From assembly GCF_006345805.1 (NCBI RefSeq), contig NC_043015.1, positions 18,538,001 through 18,602,000 of the forward strand: a stretch of 64,000 nucleotides of DNA, in the 5' to 3' direction. Below, piece after piece: positions 1 to 12,290 of this stretch (the first letter of the stretch is position 1; the number at the start of each line of letters is the position of its first letter). The notes under the pieces were generated by a model. The model did no database searches. It saw only the letters and a list, made by a program, of their open reading frames with translations, and was not told where the DNA came from. Source of the DNA: Octopus sinensis. Its lineage: Eukaryota. A program made the position numbers and the translations under genes.

Positions 1-77
1 AAGAAAGCTAATAATATAATAGAAACAGACATATACTATAAGCCTACAGACTCTAAGCAATATCTTCCATTCAATTC

Positions 78-926
78 ATGCCACCCCAGACACACCAGAT
101 GAATATCCCCTTCAATCTAGCAAAAAGGATATGCACTATAGTCTCTAACGCAAACACCAGAGACACACGACTACAAGAACTAAAAGATACCCTAATCACC
201 AGGAACTATCCACCTTCACTTATTGACAAGTGCATTCAACGTGCCCTTCAACTTAACATCAAGGAACTGAGACATCCCAAATCAAAGAAAAACTTACAAC
301 CAAAAGCCTTACCATACATCTCCACACACACCCCTCTCAATAACGAAGCCTTCGACACCATCCTCCACAACATACCCCTCCTAAAAAAAGACCACAGAAT
401 GAACACAATCCTCCAAACACACACGATCATAAAAAGCAAAAGACAGCCTAGATCCATGAAAAGTCTCCTTACACAAGCCCGAATTCACTCCTCAACACAG
501 AAGCCGACAGTAAAAAAATGTGGAAGACCCAATTGCGGGATATGCGACTATCTAATTGAGGGATCAGAGTTCTCCTTCAAGCAGGGACAACGGTTTACAG
601 TGAAAAGCAACTTCACATGTGCTTCGGAGAACCTAATATACTCACTAACCTGCTCCGGGTGTCAAGAGCAGTACATAGGCCAAACAAAAAATGGTTTGCG
701 TAAACGAATGGCCCTGCACAGATCCCAGATAAAAATTCCCCAAAACAGAAAAATAGCTTTTAGCCAACACATAGATACTTGCGCCAACAAAAAAACACCA
801 AACTTCAGAATTTTCCCCCTCTACCAATTTAGGGACGATACAACCTCGAGACAACGAATAAGTAAAGAAAATCTCTTTATTACAAAATACAAACCACTTC
901 TAAACGGGTCTACGACAAACAATTAA
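78..926 (+). CDS. C-terminal part of a PLE polyprotein (GIY-YIG endonuclease), 5'-incomplete
   Basis: IPFNLAKRICTIVS / RGYP-like RNYPPSLI (PLE RT thumb); CGRPNCGIC; FTCASENLIYSLTCSGCQEQYIGQT. Confidence 0.9.
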   Translation: MPPQTHQMNIPFNLAKRICTIVSNANTRDTRLQELKDTLITRNYPPSLIDKCIQRALQLNIKELRHPKSKKNLQPKALPYISTHTPLNNEAFDTILHNIPLLKKDHRMNTILQTHTIIKSKRQPRSMKSLLTQARIHSSTQKPTVKKCGRPNCGICDYLIEGSEFSFKQGQRFTVKSNFTCASENLIYSLTCSGCQEQYIGQTKNGLRKRMALHRSQIKIPQNRKIAFSQHIDTCANKKTPNFRIFPLYQFRDDTTSRQRISKENLFITKYKPLLNGSTTNN

Positions 927-1022
927 CATACCTCAACTTTAGAATAAAAGAAAAAAATATATATACACACAAATATTACACTCCATAGAATCCATTACTA
1001 ATCAGCCCCTTCATAGCTATAC

Positions 1023-1300
1023 TTACACCCATTCATATTCCCCCTTCTCTGTTTTTTTCTTCTTCTTCTTCTTCCTCTTCTTCTTCATCATCATCATTAT
1101 CATCATCATCGTCGTCATCATCATCACCACCATCATCACCACCATCTTCTCCTTCTCCTCCTTCTTCTTCATCATCATCATTATCATCATCATCGTCGTC
1201 ATAATCATCACCACCACCACCATCATCGTCATCTTCTCCTTCTCCTTCTCCTTCTCCTTCTCCTTTTCTTCTTCTTCTTCTACTTCTCCACCCCCTACCC
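1023..1300. repeat. Compound trinucleotide repeat (TCT/TCA/CAC/TCC)
   Basis: Visible directly; it produces the spurious poly-D/E/M ORFs. Confidence 0.9.
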
Positions 1301-1659
1301 CTTAACTTTGTCACTAATGTTTTTTAGTATAACACCTACGCTAATTCTATAAACCTACGCTAATTCTATAAACAAGCCTGTCAATATAATATTCTCCTGA
1401 ATTGAACTGAGACTGCCAGCCGCCACTGACCATTCAAAATACGACCATCAGGGCACTCCCAGATTCTCCCATCCCCCTTTCCCCACCAGCCTTCTTCCTC
1501 TACTACCCTTCCAAGAACTCACAACGACCTCCGACACACAGTGCAAACAAGGGAGTCAGAGAAAGGCAGAATGCCACTTAAATCTGAACACTACTATAGA
1601 AATATTCTCTTAAAAAAACTTTTCTTCTAATTTTTCTAAATTTAATTATTTAATCGTTA

Positions 1660-1697
1660 CAGTTGAAAAGGTCTCAAAATGACCGAAACCGGTACTG
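1660..1697 (+). ncRNA. Minimal type-I hammerhead ribozyme, U3-A8 core variant
   Basis: cag | TTGAAAA | ggtc-tcaaaat-gacc | GAAA | c-cg-g T A | ctg. Helix I is 3 bp, helix II is 4 bp, helix III is the palindrome ACCGGT, and the triplet is GUA. Confidence 0.65.
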
Positions 1698-1783
1698 AAA
1701 TGTTCACTATAAAATATTTTAGCATTTTCTATTTTTGACTTGTTTTTTCATATATATCAACTCGTGTGTTCCTTTTCACCCTT

Positions 1784-1937
<154 letters not shown>

Positions 1938-3478
1938 TGCATATATAGATGTGTGTCTTTGTGTGCGTGTTTTTATATATCTGTATAACGTTTGTCGTTG
2001 TCGCCCTCCTACGATTCTGAAGTCTACTGGTGTTCTTACTGTCCGTTGCTACCTCCCTCAACTAACACTTGTTATGTTTCCTTATTCTTTATCTCCCCTT
2101 TCTCCCCCTCTTTCACTCACTAATTTCAGTTTCATATTTCCTTCAACATCAGTCGGCATTTCTATTCTCTTCGACGAAGAATTTTACACTTCTTTTCTTC
2201 CCAACGGCATTAAACGTATTCCAATGTTTGAATTATTTTTACTTTTTGCCAATGTAGAACGTCATAGCTTCACCCCATATTCTACTAACTAGACAGTAGT
2301 TTAAAATAAAACCTAACAAAAAAAACACAAAATAGACATTTCCACAGGAAATGATGGTGGAGGAGGAATTACTGTTAATGACTTTGCAAAAGCTGTTCTT
2401 GTTGCAACTGAAGCAAGCTGCAGATGCAATTCTCTAGTTTGTGAACAATGGTTCTTTTTAAGTCTTGCTCTTTTGTGTAAAGTTATTCAATTAGCAGTTC
2501 ATATCAATCTTCTCCTCACCTCATCGATCCTCCACCCACCCATTACTCTGTCGCTGCGCCGTTCCATCCCCGTCTAATTATGACAATTTCAGGATGTTGA
2601 TATTTAATGAATCTGGTATTAAACAAACAGCAAACAAAAGCAGAACACAATACAAAACACACATGCGCACACGCGCACACACACACACACACATACACAC
2701 ACACACACATACTGCATAGTACAAACACAGAAAAAAGGGGAAAAAGAAAGGAAAACAGGAAATAGAAAAGGTGAAATGGGAGAAACAGAAAATATCGGAA
2801 AATAACAGAAAATTAGGAGGGAAGATGGAGTGGAGATTGAAGCTGAGGGGATTGTTGACGATGCAGATATTGATAATGTGGATGATGATGATGATGATGA
2901 CGGCAGTTGATCACATTGGTACATACATTTGTAAGGAGATAATACTGAATAAATAAATTTCACAGACGTAAAACTTTTACGGCAGAGACGTTCATTGGTA
3001 GATAAACAAACACCTAAAGTATCTAGCTCCTTACTCAACAGCTCTTATATTTTCAAAGGTTAAAAGTTAATATTTGTATTTTATAATTTATTGATTCTAA
3101 TTAAATATTCCACTGTATTGAATTTTCTTAGCTGATTTTATATTTCAATAGGATATAAGGTTAGGAGAGAACCTTTCTTACTAATGTCGGTGAAACAGTG
3201 GACAATGGGCTTCTGATGCTATTTTAGAGGATTACTTCTTTATCCAGAGATCTCTACAACCGTATAGAAAATATGAAATTATGTAGGGAGAAGATACATT
3301 GAGTAAATGAGGGAGCATCGATGCGGTTACTCGGTACGTTAAAAATATCTGTCAAATTCCTTCAAATCATATTCTGCAGTCTTTAACCACAGGACGGTCA
3401 CATAGGTGCGAAGATGCGGTCCTATACATACATACATACATACATACATACATACATACATACATACATACATACATA

Positions 3479-3900
3479 CAAAGCTAAAGATAGCGAAAAA
3501 GAAAATACCTGTGCTGAACTAATGAGCAATCTACAGTTACTCTACACATATTACAAGATCAGGGTTATACCTGTAATTATTGGGGCACTGGGATATGTAA
3601 CACACTAAGTACCAATAATGAGAAATTTGGCTTCTCAAAACCAGAAAGGAGAAGGCTGATTCGAAGACTACAAATCCAAGCCATCACTGGAACTGTAAAA
3701 ATCTGTAAAACTTTCCAGAAGTTTATCATTTAAATATATACGAGCACATCTGGACACACAACTATATGCATGTGAATGTATACATAAAACAAAGCATACA
3801 AATCTGCACATCGACTGACTCCAAATACTGCACATATACACACATATATGCAAAAATACCCTGTTGATGTTGTTGAAATTCTAATGAAGGGACGGGCTTT
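3479..3900 (+). mobile_element. 3' end fragment of an RLE-type (R4/Dong-like) LINE, family E
   Basis: ..YYKIRVIPVIIGALGYV.. then LQIQAITGTVKICKTFQKF, the typical RLE C-terminus; preceded by (TACA)n. Confidence 0.75.
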
Positions 3901-3950
3901 TCTCTATTGGTAAGAAATAAACTGAAATAAAGTGAATAATGACACACACG

Positions 3951-4034
<84 letters not shown>

Positions 4035-4039
4035 TCAAA

Positions 4040-6932
4040 CTGGAACACCTTTGAACATAGATCTGAGCTTTTGAACTTGAGATATAAAACAATAACAATA
4101 TATCAGACATATTCTTACATTTACATAATATTTTATTGTTTTATTTAAGAAGTCTGGCTGCTTTCAGTGAGAAATAAAATGATCGCTTAGTTTTAAATTT
4201 TGTGGGGACCACAGTTGGGAGCAGTAGTGCAGACGACTGAGAACAAAGGTTCTCCAAAGCAGAAGCATTGTGTCTCGGTTCGTGGTCCTTAAGGATCTAA
4301 GGATCCAATCTGCCATCCGCCTGCATTGTGTTGCCATCTGAGCAATGTGCACATGGAAAGTTGCGTCATTGCTCATGTCACTCACCGACTCTAACTCTGG
4401 GATTACATTGCCTGTTGGTCTCGTGTACTTCAGCTGTAGTTTGTGGGCTGATAGCGGAGTACTTGAAAGTTTGCGTCATTGCGCCATTTATATATTGCGT
4501 TCAGCTCATTCTGAAGTTTTAGGATATCAGTAGGTTCCTTGACCACCTGCGATACTTTTGTATCATCGGCGTAGCTGGTGAGTGTGGCTGAATCTGTGGC
4601 TGAGAGCATATCCGAGAGAGCAACCACAAACAGTAGTGGACCCAGCACTGTTCCCTGGGGGGACTTCACAGAGAATTGGTGTCACTTCAGAGAACATCGT
4701 TTGCTGTGACAGAGTGACTTCTGTCTCTTAGGAAATCATGCAGCCACTCTCTCAGTCTTCCAGCGATACCGAGGTCACGCAATTTGTAACATATCCCATT
4801 ATCGACTTAGCAAAGTCGAGATATATGACATCTACATTTGAATGGTTGCGTTGTTGTTTTAGTACCCAGTCGAAGTGCTGTAGTAGCTGTGTTAGGCAGC
4901 TCCGTCCAGGATGGAAACAATGCTGCGTGTCTGTAAGCAAGTCATTTTCCTCTAGGAACGTGGTCCGTCTTTTTCTGACAATGAGTTCTATGATCTAACT
5001 GATATGTAAGGTCAGAGAGATAGGTCTATAGTTTATAGCATCTGCTCTGCTTTCTCCTTTGTGGATAGGGCAGATTATTCCTTCTTTCAACGTTTGAGGA
5101 ATCGCATTCAAGGAAACTCTGGAAAAGCATTTTGCAGTGGTTTTGCAAGAGCTTTCTTGCATGTTTTTAGCAGAATTGCTGTGAGTCCATAAAGCCCTAT
5201 TGCAGAGTTTGGGTTTATCCCGTCAGTGGCCGACAATACATCCGCTTATGTAATGTCAGTGTAATTGATGGTCACCCTTTTCTCTTGTAGGTTAGAGGTG
5301 TTGAAGAACTTATCAGGTCTACTTATTTTCATGTTTTCTAGTGGGCAGGTGAAAACACTTTGGAATTGTTTATTGAGTGCTTCGTTTATCCTCTTGAGGT
5401 CTGCAGTCAGTGAGCCCTTTTCCTCAAACAAAGGCCCCATCCTGTATCGCACTGAAGCAGACACTTTTGCGAACTTGTAGAAGACTTTAGGGTTGCTTTT
5501 TATATTTTCCACCGCCCTGGCTTCCCTGTTTACCCTTTCTTTTTCATGGGAAAGTCTGATTTCATTCTCAGTCTCTACGAGCGCCATTTTGAAGCAAGGC
5601 TTTTTGATGTCATTAGGCTCCTTATTTAAGCGATTCGATATTTTTATCTTCTGTCTTATTAAGATTCCTCTATCTCGGGAGATAATGTTGTGTGTGGTGG
5701 CTTTCTTCTCTGGGACAAATTTAATGCACATGGCTCGCATTATAGACAGGAATTCATTGAATTTCGTATCAGTGTCTTGCATGAACAACTTTTAAGTGAG
5801 TTTTGCTGGAGTATCTCTTTGTTGATGGACTACCAGTCAGCCTAGCAGAAGTTCAGGTTGGTTAGCGCTCGGGATCCAGCAGGATTGTATGATTCTTTGC
5901 TTAGCTTTGGACCATATATTGACAGTTCTATCATGTTATGGTCTGAGTGGGTAGACGGGGATATATTTATGTTGTGGATAGGTCTATATTGTTTGTGAAG
6001 CAGAGGTCCAGGATGTTGTTATTTCTGGTTGTGGAGAGTACGGTCTGCTCCATGAACATCATTTTCGTGACATCTACTAGAGATTCTGCCTCATTGCATT
6101 CTTTTTGTGTCAGTCCTGAGATTATGACACCGTCGGGCCCTCTTATGTTGCGGAAGTTGAACTCACCCATCAGATGTACATTAAGGCATTAGCCTAGGTT
6201 TATGAGTACTTAGTTTATCTTTGTAAGGCATTCTTCAAACTTCCATCGTAGTTTGAGGCATCGGGTGCGCGTGGCTGCTTATCCTGATTACCGGGTGGAG
6301 AGTGGTAACTGTTGTGCATTCTATCTTGCCTACGCTTTAGGTGTTCAAAGCGGCAGTATGTCCCCTTCTCTCCATGCCAACAGACTCCTTTTATATAGAA
6401 TTTGCAGGTTGCGTTTATGGGTTTGAAATCTGCCTTAGGTTTGAAACCTGCTGCACCTGTCTTGCGGCTGGTTCCTCTCGTTGGACTGCCATGTTGGGAG
6501 AGGGAGTTGAAGTCACTTCTCTTGAGAACTTTGGGATTGTGTTCTTGCTTATCTTCAATTTCCACATAAGTGGGTACAGTGCTGGTTTTTCTGGGTTTCT
6601 CGCTTGGGTCATCAGTTTTGGTGCTTTCCGTGCAAACAATTTTGTCAGGCGAATGAGCATTTTAAAGTTTAAAAATGGTGTCTAACTTGTCCAGATGTAG
6701 CCTGACGAGTTCATAGGAGCGGCTGAGTTCTTTCTTTTTTCGTTCTATCTGCGCCTCGATCACATTGAATCTATTGTTTTTTAGGGCTGCAGCAATCATA
6801 TTATTGAGTGGATCATTTTCGTCAGCAACCCAAGCCCGGAGGAATAGGTCTATTTCGGCGTCCTTCCAGGTTGCCATCTCGACTGTGTTGCAACTTTCTT
6901 TATGACATGTGATTGATTGGCAAGTGCAGTGA

Positions 6933-6963
<31 letters not shown>

Positions 6964-7310
6964 GGTGTTGCGATAAGGATATCATGGGAAGGGGAGGAGT
7001 AGGGGAAGTGAAGATGAGAAGAGAGTAGAGCAGAAGAGTACACTAGGAGGGAGGGCTGGGAGAAGAGAAGGTGGGAGGAGAGTAGAGTCGAAGAGTACAC
7101 TAGGAGAGGGACGTTAGGCGAGGAAAGCGAGGAGAGCAAATTGATAGGAGAGAGGGAGTGCAGGGGTTCTATGCGAAGAAAGTGAATAGAGCAAATTGAT
7201 AGACGAGAGGGGGAGCAGGGGTTTTAAAATTGCGCGGGAATTGATTCAAGAAAGTTTAGCTGATACAATTTAATTTTTTTCTTTTTTTTCAAATGTCCGG
7301 CTGAATGGTA
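4040..7310 (-). mobile_element. Degenerate CR1-group LINE (ORF1 with a CCCH zinc finger, partly deleted APE, RT)
   Basis: PQGTVLGPLLF..YADDTK (4430-4669); QHCFHPGRSCLTQLL..DVIYLDFAK (4752-4940); GEFNF..TRNNNILDLCFTN (5967-6170); CKFYIKGVCWHGEKGTYCRFEH (6215-6565); short tandem repeats in the 5' UTR at about 7000-7230. Confidence 0.85.
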
Positions 7311-7374
7311 CAAATTTACGTTAACAAGGTTTTATATGTATATATATATATATAACCACTGGGCCATTGCGCTT

Positions 7375-7453
<79 letters not shown>

Positions 7454-7464
7454 TGTGTGTGTTT

Positions 7465-7755
7465 GGAGGCGCAATGGCCCAGTGGTTAGGGCAGCGGACA
7501 CGCGGTCGTAGGATCGCGGTTTCGATTTCCAGACTGGGCTTTGTGAGTGTTTATTGAGCAAAAACATCTAAAGCTCCACGAGGCTCCGGCAGGGGGTGGT
7601 GGTGACCCCTGCCCTACTCTTTCACCACAACTTTCTCTTGCTCTTTCTTCTGTTGGCCTGCTCGCTTAGCCAGCGGGGTGGCGTCATTGATGGCTAAAAC
7701 TATGCGAAGCGCATTGTGACCTCGTTGTGTAGCAGCATCTGATGGCCTGGTCGGT

Positions 7756-7763
<8 letters not shown>
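7465..7763 (+). mobile_element. tRNA-derived SINE, family A, full length
   Basis: A box TGGCCCAGTGG and B box GTTTCGATTTCC; ends in (TA)n; homologous to 54505-54708 (-) and 12587-12632 (-). Confidence 0.85.
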
Positions 7764-7810
<47 letters not shown>

Positions 7811-7813
<3 letters not shown>

Positions 7814-9388
7814 TAGCATTATGACCCGTCGTTGCCGGGTCATAGTGCTAGTGCATGTATATATGTGTATATATATGTGTACATATTACATGTACATCTA
7901 TATATATATATACATCTACACATAAAATACAAAATACAAAGTTATATTTTGATATCGCTAGTGATAACAATACTCAAAATATATAACAGACTGGAATTGT
8001 AGGCCCGTCTCTTGCAATTTCGATCAATTGTATCTTGTCCTCCCTCTTGTATAGAAGTGTGGCTACAATCCATTTTAAATTTTTATCCGGGACGTCCTAC
8101 GTTCCAGATATAAAGGTAAAAATAAAATATTTCCACTTTGCAAGGTTCGAGTCGAGTACTCCCTTGCACGCTCCGTTGACTCGAACCTTGCTTCTATTGT
8201 GGCGAATTTACCGCCTCTGGTTAGATACTTGATATATTTCATAGTCGCACCAAGACACTTTTCGATGGTGCTTTCCTTCAGGTGTTGAAGTCTTTTTTTC
8301 TCTACATTGTATACTTTATAGACAATAGTCTTTTCTTTAATTCAATTTTTTTATTTCGTTTGGTGGTGTTATCCTAGATTCATCGTCTTTGTCGGTGATC
8401 AATCCGAAATAGGTTTGTATTTTTTCCATTTTAATTTTAATGAGTTCGCGCCCGCCGACGGCTGCAGCGAAATTCATTTTTGGACTTTCTTCAATCGAAG
8501 GCATTTTAACAAAAATGCTTCCGTATAAACGGTGAAAATATTGTCAATTTCCCCAAACAGAGACACAATTCAATCTTTAAACAATAACCAAAGCTCCTTC
8601 TCCCAAGGGGGGGGATTTACAGTTTACAATTATTTAACAAATGCAACAGAACAACGTTTCCCTTACGAGGAACCAACAAACGTGATAGCAATAGTTAAAC
8701 AGTAATAATAATAACAACAAACCTTACGGTGAATCAAAAAGCAGTAGTCCTTTATGTATAAGAAATAAACCAACAGCAGTACTCAGTCGAAGCGGCTGTT
8801 CGAGAAAACAGACATTACATACAGCCAAACTTCATATAGATACTTAATGCTAGCTAATTAGCAGATAATCTAATGTAAAAGCCGTGGTAAAGGGTATGTG
8901 CATAGCTCCATCTGGACTATTCCATTTCTGCACACTAATTTTATTTTTAATTTATTCCCATTCATGTGAAACCACTTATTCAAGTTCAAGTTATTGATGC
9001 AATTTTATACCAATTGCTATTTTTACTTTTAATTGTTACGTTACGATTTAATTATTATATTATACTTTAGTTTGATTTTAATTATTACTTACTACATATA
9101 ATTCAATTGTTATTATTATCTCTAATTTTTATTGTTAAAGTGAAAGTATCTGACATAAAATAGAGAAATATTTTTGTTTCACTTTTAACACGTAATACTG
9201 AAATAGTGAAGATATGATATTGCTATGGGTTCGCCCTAGGCAAGAAGTTGAACATTTTTTTGCCCATGAAACTACATGGACCCTAAGTAAGGCATGTGTA
9301 AAATTTGAATGAAATTAGTTGTGTAGTTCTCAAGTTTTAGGGAAACACACAGACAGACAGACACACATTCTCAGTTTTATATATATAT
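7811..9388 (+). mobile_element. Probable non-autonomous Helitron/Helentron (DINE/Lep1-like) element
   Basis: The 5' end TACTAGC opens a hairpin with 17-bp arms (7812-7828 / 7836-7852, one mismatch). The 3' end is aaatttgaatgaaattagttg..(CAGA)n..ttttatatatat. It is inserted in a TA repeat and no transposase is recognisable. Confidence 0.5.
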
Positions 9389-10045
9389 TACTGAATTACT
9401 ACTATTTAGCGCTTTGAGTCTTGGCTGCTCTTTCTAGTGGGTCGAATGGCCTATCGAGGCCGTTCCTTAATGTTGTTGAAATTATATATATAGTCTGTGA
9501 CTATTTTCTCTTTCTCACTAGACCGCTGGTGGCGAAAAAAATTCTATTGAATTTTTTGCTACCCTTATATTGATTAATTAGTGATTTTCTGACTAATTCT
9601 GAAATTAAATCAGTAGTTTATATTCGCTGCTGATAAGTTGGCGCGATTACGGTGGTTTTGAAAATTTAGAGTATATATTCCCGAGGCACAAATGCTGCTG
9701 CCTCGTGTATATTTATTCCTCCTGGCTTCTTTACCGATTGGTAGATTGACTTGATTAAATTTAATTTAATTTAATTAGGCTGGTTTGCCATTAAGTACCA
9801 ATGCATTGTCTAAAGATAAATAGGGTAAATGTTTTTTAATTTTCCTTTGATTTCTGAATTACTACTATTTAGCGGTTTGAGTCTTGGCTGCTCTTTCTAG
9901 TGGGTCGAATGGCCTATCGAGGCCGTTCCTTAATGTTGTTGAAATTATATATATAGTCTGTGACTATTTTCACTTTCTCACTAGACCGCTGGTGGCGGCG
10001 AAAAAAATTTCTATTGAATTTTTTGCTACCCTTATATTGATTAAT
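9388..10045 (-). mobile_element. PLE 3' remnant with a directly repeated pLTR-like end
   Basis: A ~180-bp direct repeat at about 9390-9575 and 9855-10045. The minus strand between the repeats reads ..YTRGSSIC..HRNRANL, similar to decayed PLE endonuclease C-termini. Confidence 0.5.
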
Positions 10046-10048
10046 ATG

Positions 10049-10096
<48 letters not shown>

Positions 10097-10102
10097 ATAA
10101 TT

Positions 10103-10880
10103 TTACATTATATATAAGGGCTTAGTAAAATAAATTACTTTGCCACATACTGAACTCATTAGAAATAGCAGCTAAAGAAATATCTTCAGCTATTTCTAAT
10201 ACTTAAAGAAGATCTCTCTCAGATAGTGTTTGCCTAAACTAACTCACAAAAGTATGGGGGAAAAAACATTAAAAAATCAAGTGCAAAGGTTATTTGAGAA
10301 CGTACGTTTCTAGATTAGTCAATTCGACATTTCTTTCTTCAGCTCAGAATTCCTTGAATCGGATTTGGGAACACTGAAAGTCGGGAGCATACCCTTTCGG
10401 CTTCTAATCACCTCTAGAATTCTGCTCGAACTAAAAGTGCTATCAAATTCGAATATGCAAGCGAAGAATTTCTGCTCTCCCCTTTCCACCAGCGTGGGTT
10501 AAAATTGACAAACACCATGTATTAACGGTGAAAACCGCAGCATTTTACAGAGAAAGATGAATTATAATTTCAACAATTGAGGGTAAAATTAATTAATTAT
10601 TAATCAATTTCACCAAGTATTCAGTATGTAAAGGGACCATTATAGGCGAATTCAAAATATTACATTATATATAAGGGCTTAGTAAAATAAATTACTTTGC
10701 CACATACTGAACTCATTAGAAATAGCAGCTAAAGAAATTTCTTCAGCTATTTCTAATACTTAAAGAAGATCTCTCTCAGATAGTGTTTGCCTAAACTAAC
10801 TCACAAAAGTATGGGGGAAAAAACATTAAAAAATCAAGTGCAAAGGTTATTTGAGAACGTACGTTATTTGAGAACGTACG
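10103..10880 (-). mobile_element. ORF-less tandem unit (557-bp period, about 1.4 copies) carrying a hammerhead; retrozyme-like or non-autonomous PLE
   Basis: 10103-10306 repeats at about 10660-10863; hammerhead fold on the minus strand at 10295-10346; flanked by TA repeats. Confidence 0.6.
10295..10346 (-). ncRNA. Minimal type-I hammerhead ribozyme with a degenerate helix II
   Basis: Minus strand: tgag | CTGAAGA | aagaaatgtc-gaatt-gactaatcta | GAAA | cgtacg T T | ctca. Helix III is the palindrome ACGTACGT. Confidence 0.55.
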
Positions 10881-11530
10881 TGTATATATATATATATATA
10901 TAAATATATTATATATATTGCATATATGTATATATATAAATATATTATATATTATATATATTATATATTATATATATTGTATATATATTGTATATATATA
11001 TTATATATATTATTTATCTGTAAATATAATATGTGACAATTATTCGGTAGCCATGATAAAACTCCGAGTTTCGGTGTACGTGCGTATATAGGCGTGTTTA
11101 ACGCTTATTGCTTACTTTTTACACTTCTTTTTACACACTTTTCTGTATTTTGCCTTTAGCCCTGTTGTGCATGTGCGTATATAGATGTGTGTATGAACCT
11201 TTTTTTGCGTGTGTATGTGTGTGTGTGCGAGCATGTATGCGGGTATATATATATTTTTTGGCGAATGTGTGGGTGAGCATGTGTGTTTTTCAAGTGAGGG
11301 TGGGTGAGTATATACTTATAGGCGCATGTACGTGGGTGTGCGGGCGCGCATGTGTATATATGGACAATCGCGCTTACGCGAATACTATGAACATTTTTAC
11401 TCCCTTACCTTTACTCCCTTCCCTCACTTAGCGGTCATTCTAATAGGTCTTTTGTCTTAACAACGGTCAATCACACAGTAATTTCCCTTTGTTTAAAGGT
11501 CATTTTTCCTAGGATTTTTTTCGATAGCCC

Positions 11531-11591
11531 GATAATTGAAGAGATGGCGACGTGGGTTTCCGCCCCGACATCCGATACTCGGAGTTTTATC
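11531..11591 (+). ncRNA. Decayed type-I hammerhead, copy 1
   Basis: gataa | TTGAAGA | gatg..catc c | GATA | ct-cgg-ag T T | ttatc. The inverted copy at 11065-11074 still reads CCGAAACTCG, so GAAA was probably ancestral. Confidence 0.5.
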
Positions 11592-12229
11592 ATGTCTACC
11601 GAATAATTGTCACATATTATATTTATAGATAAATTCCTCATTTACATAATATCGAGGTCTTTTTCATTTTCTTTTGTCTTACTATTTCTATCGATATATA
11701 TTATATATATTATTATCTGTAAATATAATATGTGACAATTATTCGGTAGCCATGATAAAACTCCGAGTTTCGGTGTACGTGCGTATATAGGCGTGTTTAA
11801 CGCTTATTGCTTACTTTTTACACTTCTTTTTACACACTTTTCTGTATTTTGCCTTTAGCCCTGTTGTGCATGTGCGTATATAGATGTGTGTATGAACCTT
11901 TTTTTGCGTGTGTATGTGTGTGTGTGCGAGCATGTATGCGGGTATATATATATTTTTTGGCGAATGTGTGGGTGAGCATGTGTGTTTTTCAAGTGAGGGT
12001 GGGTGAGTATATACTTATAGGCGCATGTACGTGGGTGTGCGGGCGCGCATGTGTATATATGGACAATCGCGCTTACGCGAATACTATGAACATTTTTACT
12101 CCCTTACCTTTACTCCCTTCCCTCACTTAGCGGTCATTCTAATAGGTCTTTTGTCTTAACAACGGTCAATCACACAGTAATTTCCCTTTGTTTAAAGGTC
12201 ATTTTTCCTAGGATTTTTTTCGATAGCCC

Positions 12230-12290
12230 GATAATTGAAGAGATGGCGACGTGGGTTTCCGCCCCGACATCCGATACTCGGAGTTTTATC
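12230..12290 (+). ncRNA. Decayed type-I hammerhead, copy 2
   Basis: Same sequence as 11531-11591, offset 699 bp. Confidence 0.5.

Noticed and set aside
7465-7540. tRNA gene
   Set aside because: A and B boxes are present, but there is no full cloverleaf and the sequence continues into a repeated SINE body.
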